A stretch of 27,614 bases of DNA, taken from NCBI GenBank assembly GCA_949286645.1, contig CASEDN010000132.1:1-27614 (forward strand), given 5' to 3'. The DNA comes from an uncultured bacterium. Lineage in GTDB: Bacteria > Bacillota_I > Bacilli_A > RF39 > UBA660. This document shows positions 27,311-27,614 of this stretch, in pieces (within the stretch, counting starts at the first letter, position 1; each line of letters starts with the position of its first letter). A model generated the notes under the pieces. That model searched no databases and had not been told where the DNA came from. It saw only the letters and a program-made list of their open reading frames with translations. Position numbers and translations under genes: made by a program.

Positions 27311-27338
27311 GTGATTATAAAGAAAGGAGAGACTAACA

Positions 27339-27557
27339 ATGAAAATTAAATATAATATTTCTAATATAAAGTGTACTGGTTGTGAGAACAGAATAACGAA
27401 CTCTTTAAAGATGATAAAAGGAGTTAAAAGTGTTCAAGCAGACCATAACAAAGGTGAAGTTATTGTAGAGTTAAAAAATGAAAAAGTAAGTAATGAAGTT
27501 AAAGATTTACTTAATAATTTAGATTTTCCTGTAAATAGTGAAGATATCGTTAAATAA
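27339..27557 (+). CDS. Heavy-metal-associated (HMA) domain protein, CopZ-like chaperone
   Basis: 72 aa; IKCTGCENRI (CxxC) and GVKSVQAD motifs; AAAGGAG RBS. Confidence 0.88.
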   Translation: MKIKYNISNIKCTGCENRITNSLKMIKGVKSVQADHNKGEVIVELKNEKVSNEVKDLLNNLDFPVNSEDIVK

Positions 27558-27558
27558 A

Positions 27559-27595
27559 AATACTTGGATAAATTAGTCCAAGTATTCTTTTATTT
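27559..27595 (+). terminator. Terminator of the HMA gene
   Basis: 10-bp stem AATACTTGGA / TCCAAGTATT followed by a T-rich tract. Confidence 0.8.
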
Positions 27596-27614
27596 TGCTA
27601 TAACTATTAACTAA

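Overview
A very AT-rich chromosomal window from a low-GC Bacillota organism. Evidence for this: PolC, sigma-A promoters, AGGAGG-type RBSs, and TGA used as stop. An uncultured Bacilli lineage such as RF39 is plausible, but that is inference. Housekeeping loci: polC 3' end; an alpha/beta-hydrolase-murF-ddl operon with a membrane-anchored MurF; pflB-pflA; a GntR/YtrA-ABC operon; galE; an Opu-type osmoprotectant ABC transporter; a CopZ-like gene; and four tRNAs (Cys-GCA, Gly-GCC, Arg-ACG, Pro-TGG). Sporulation-type genes: a collagen-like protein, a GT2-TPR glycosyltransferase, a LysM-GH18 YaaH/SleL-like enzyme, and a ferritin-like protein with a sigma-G-like promoter. Stand-alone orphan genes are interspersed: a tandem paralog pair, a kinase-fold-like protein with altered catalytic motifs, an HExxH protein, a Cys-His-Asp protein, and a gene split by an in-frame stop. 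No integrase, transposase or CRISPR array was seen. The most notable observations are: (i) an operon encoding a double-HAD nucleotidase fused across an A8 tract plus a divergent UDG-superfamily glycosylase; (ii) a tRNA-Gly with a compensated A53-U61 pair; (iii) the hydrolase/TM-MurF/Ddl module; (iv) the effector-like orphan enzyme set; (v) an unannotated 54-aa two-TM protein. All protein family calls come from motif reading, not database searches.
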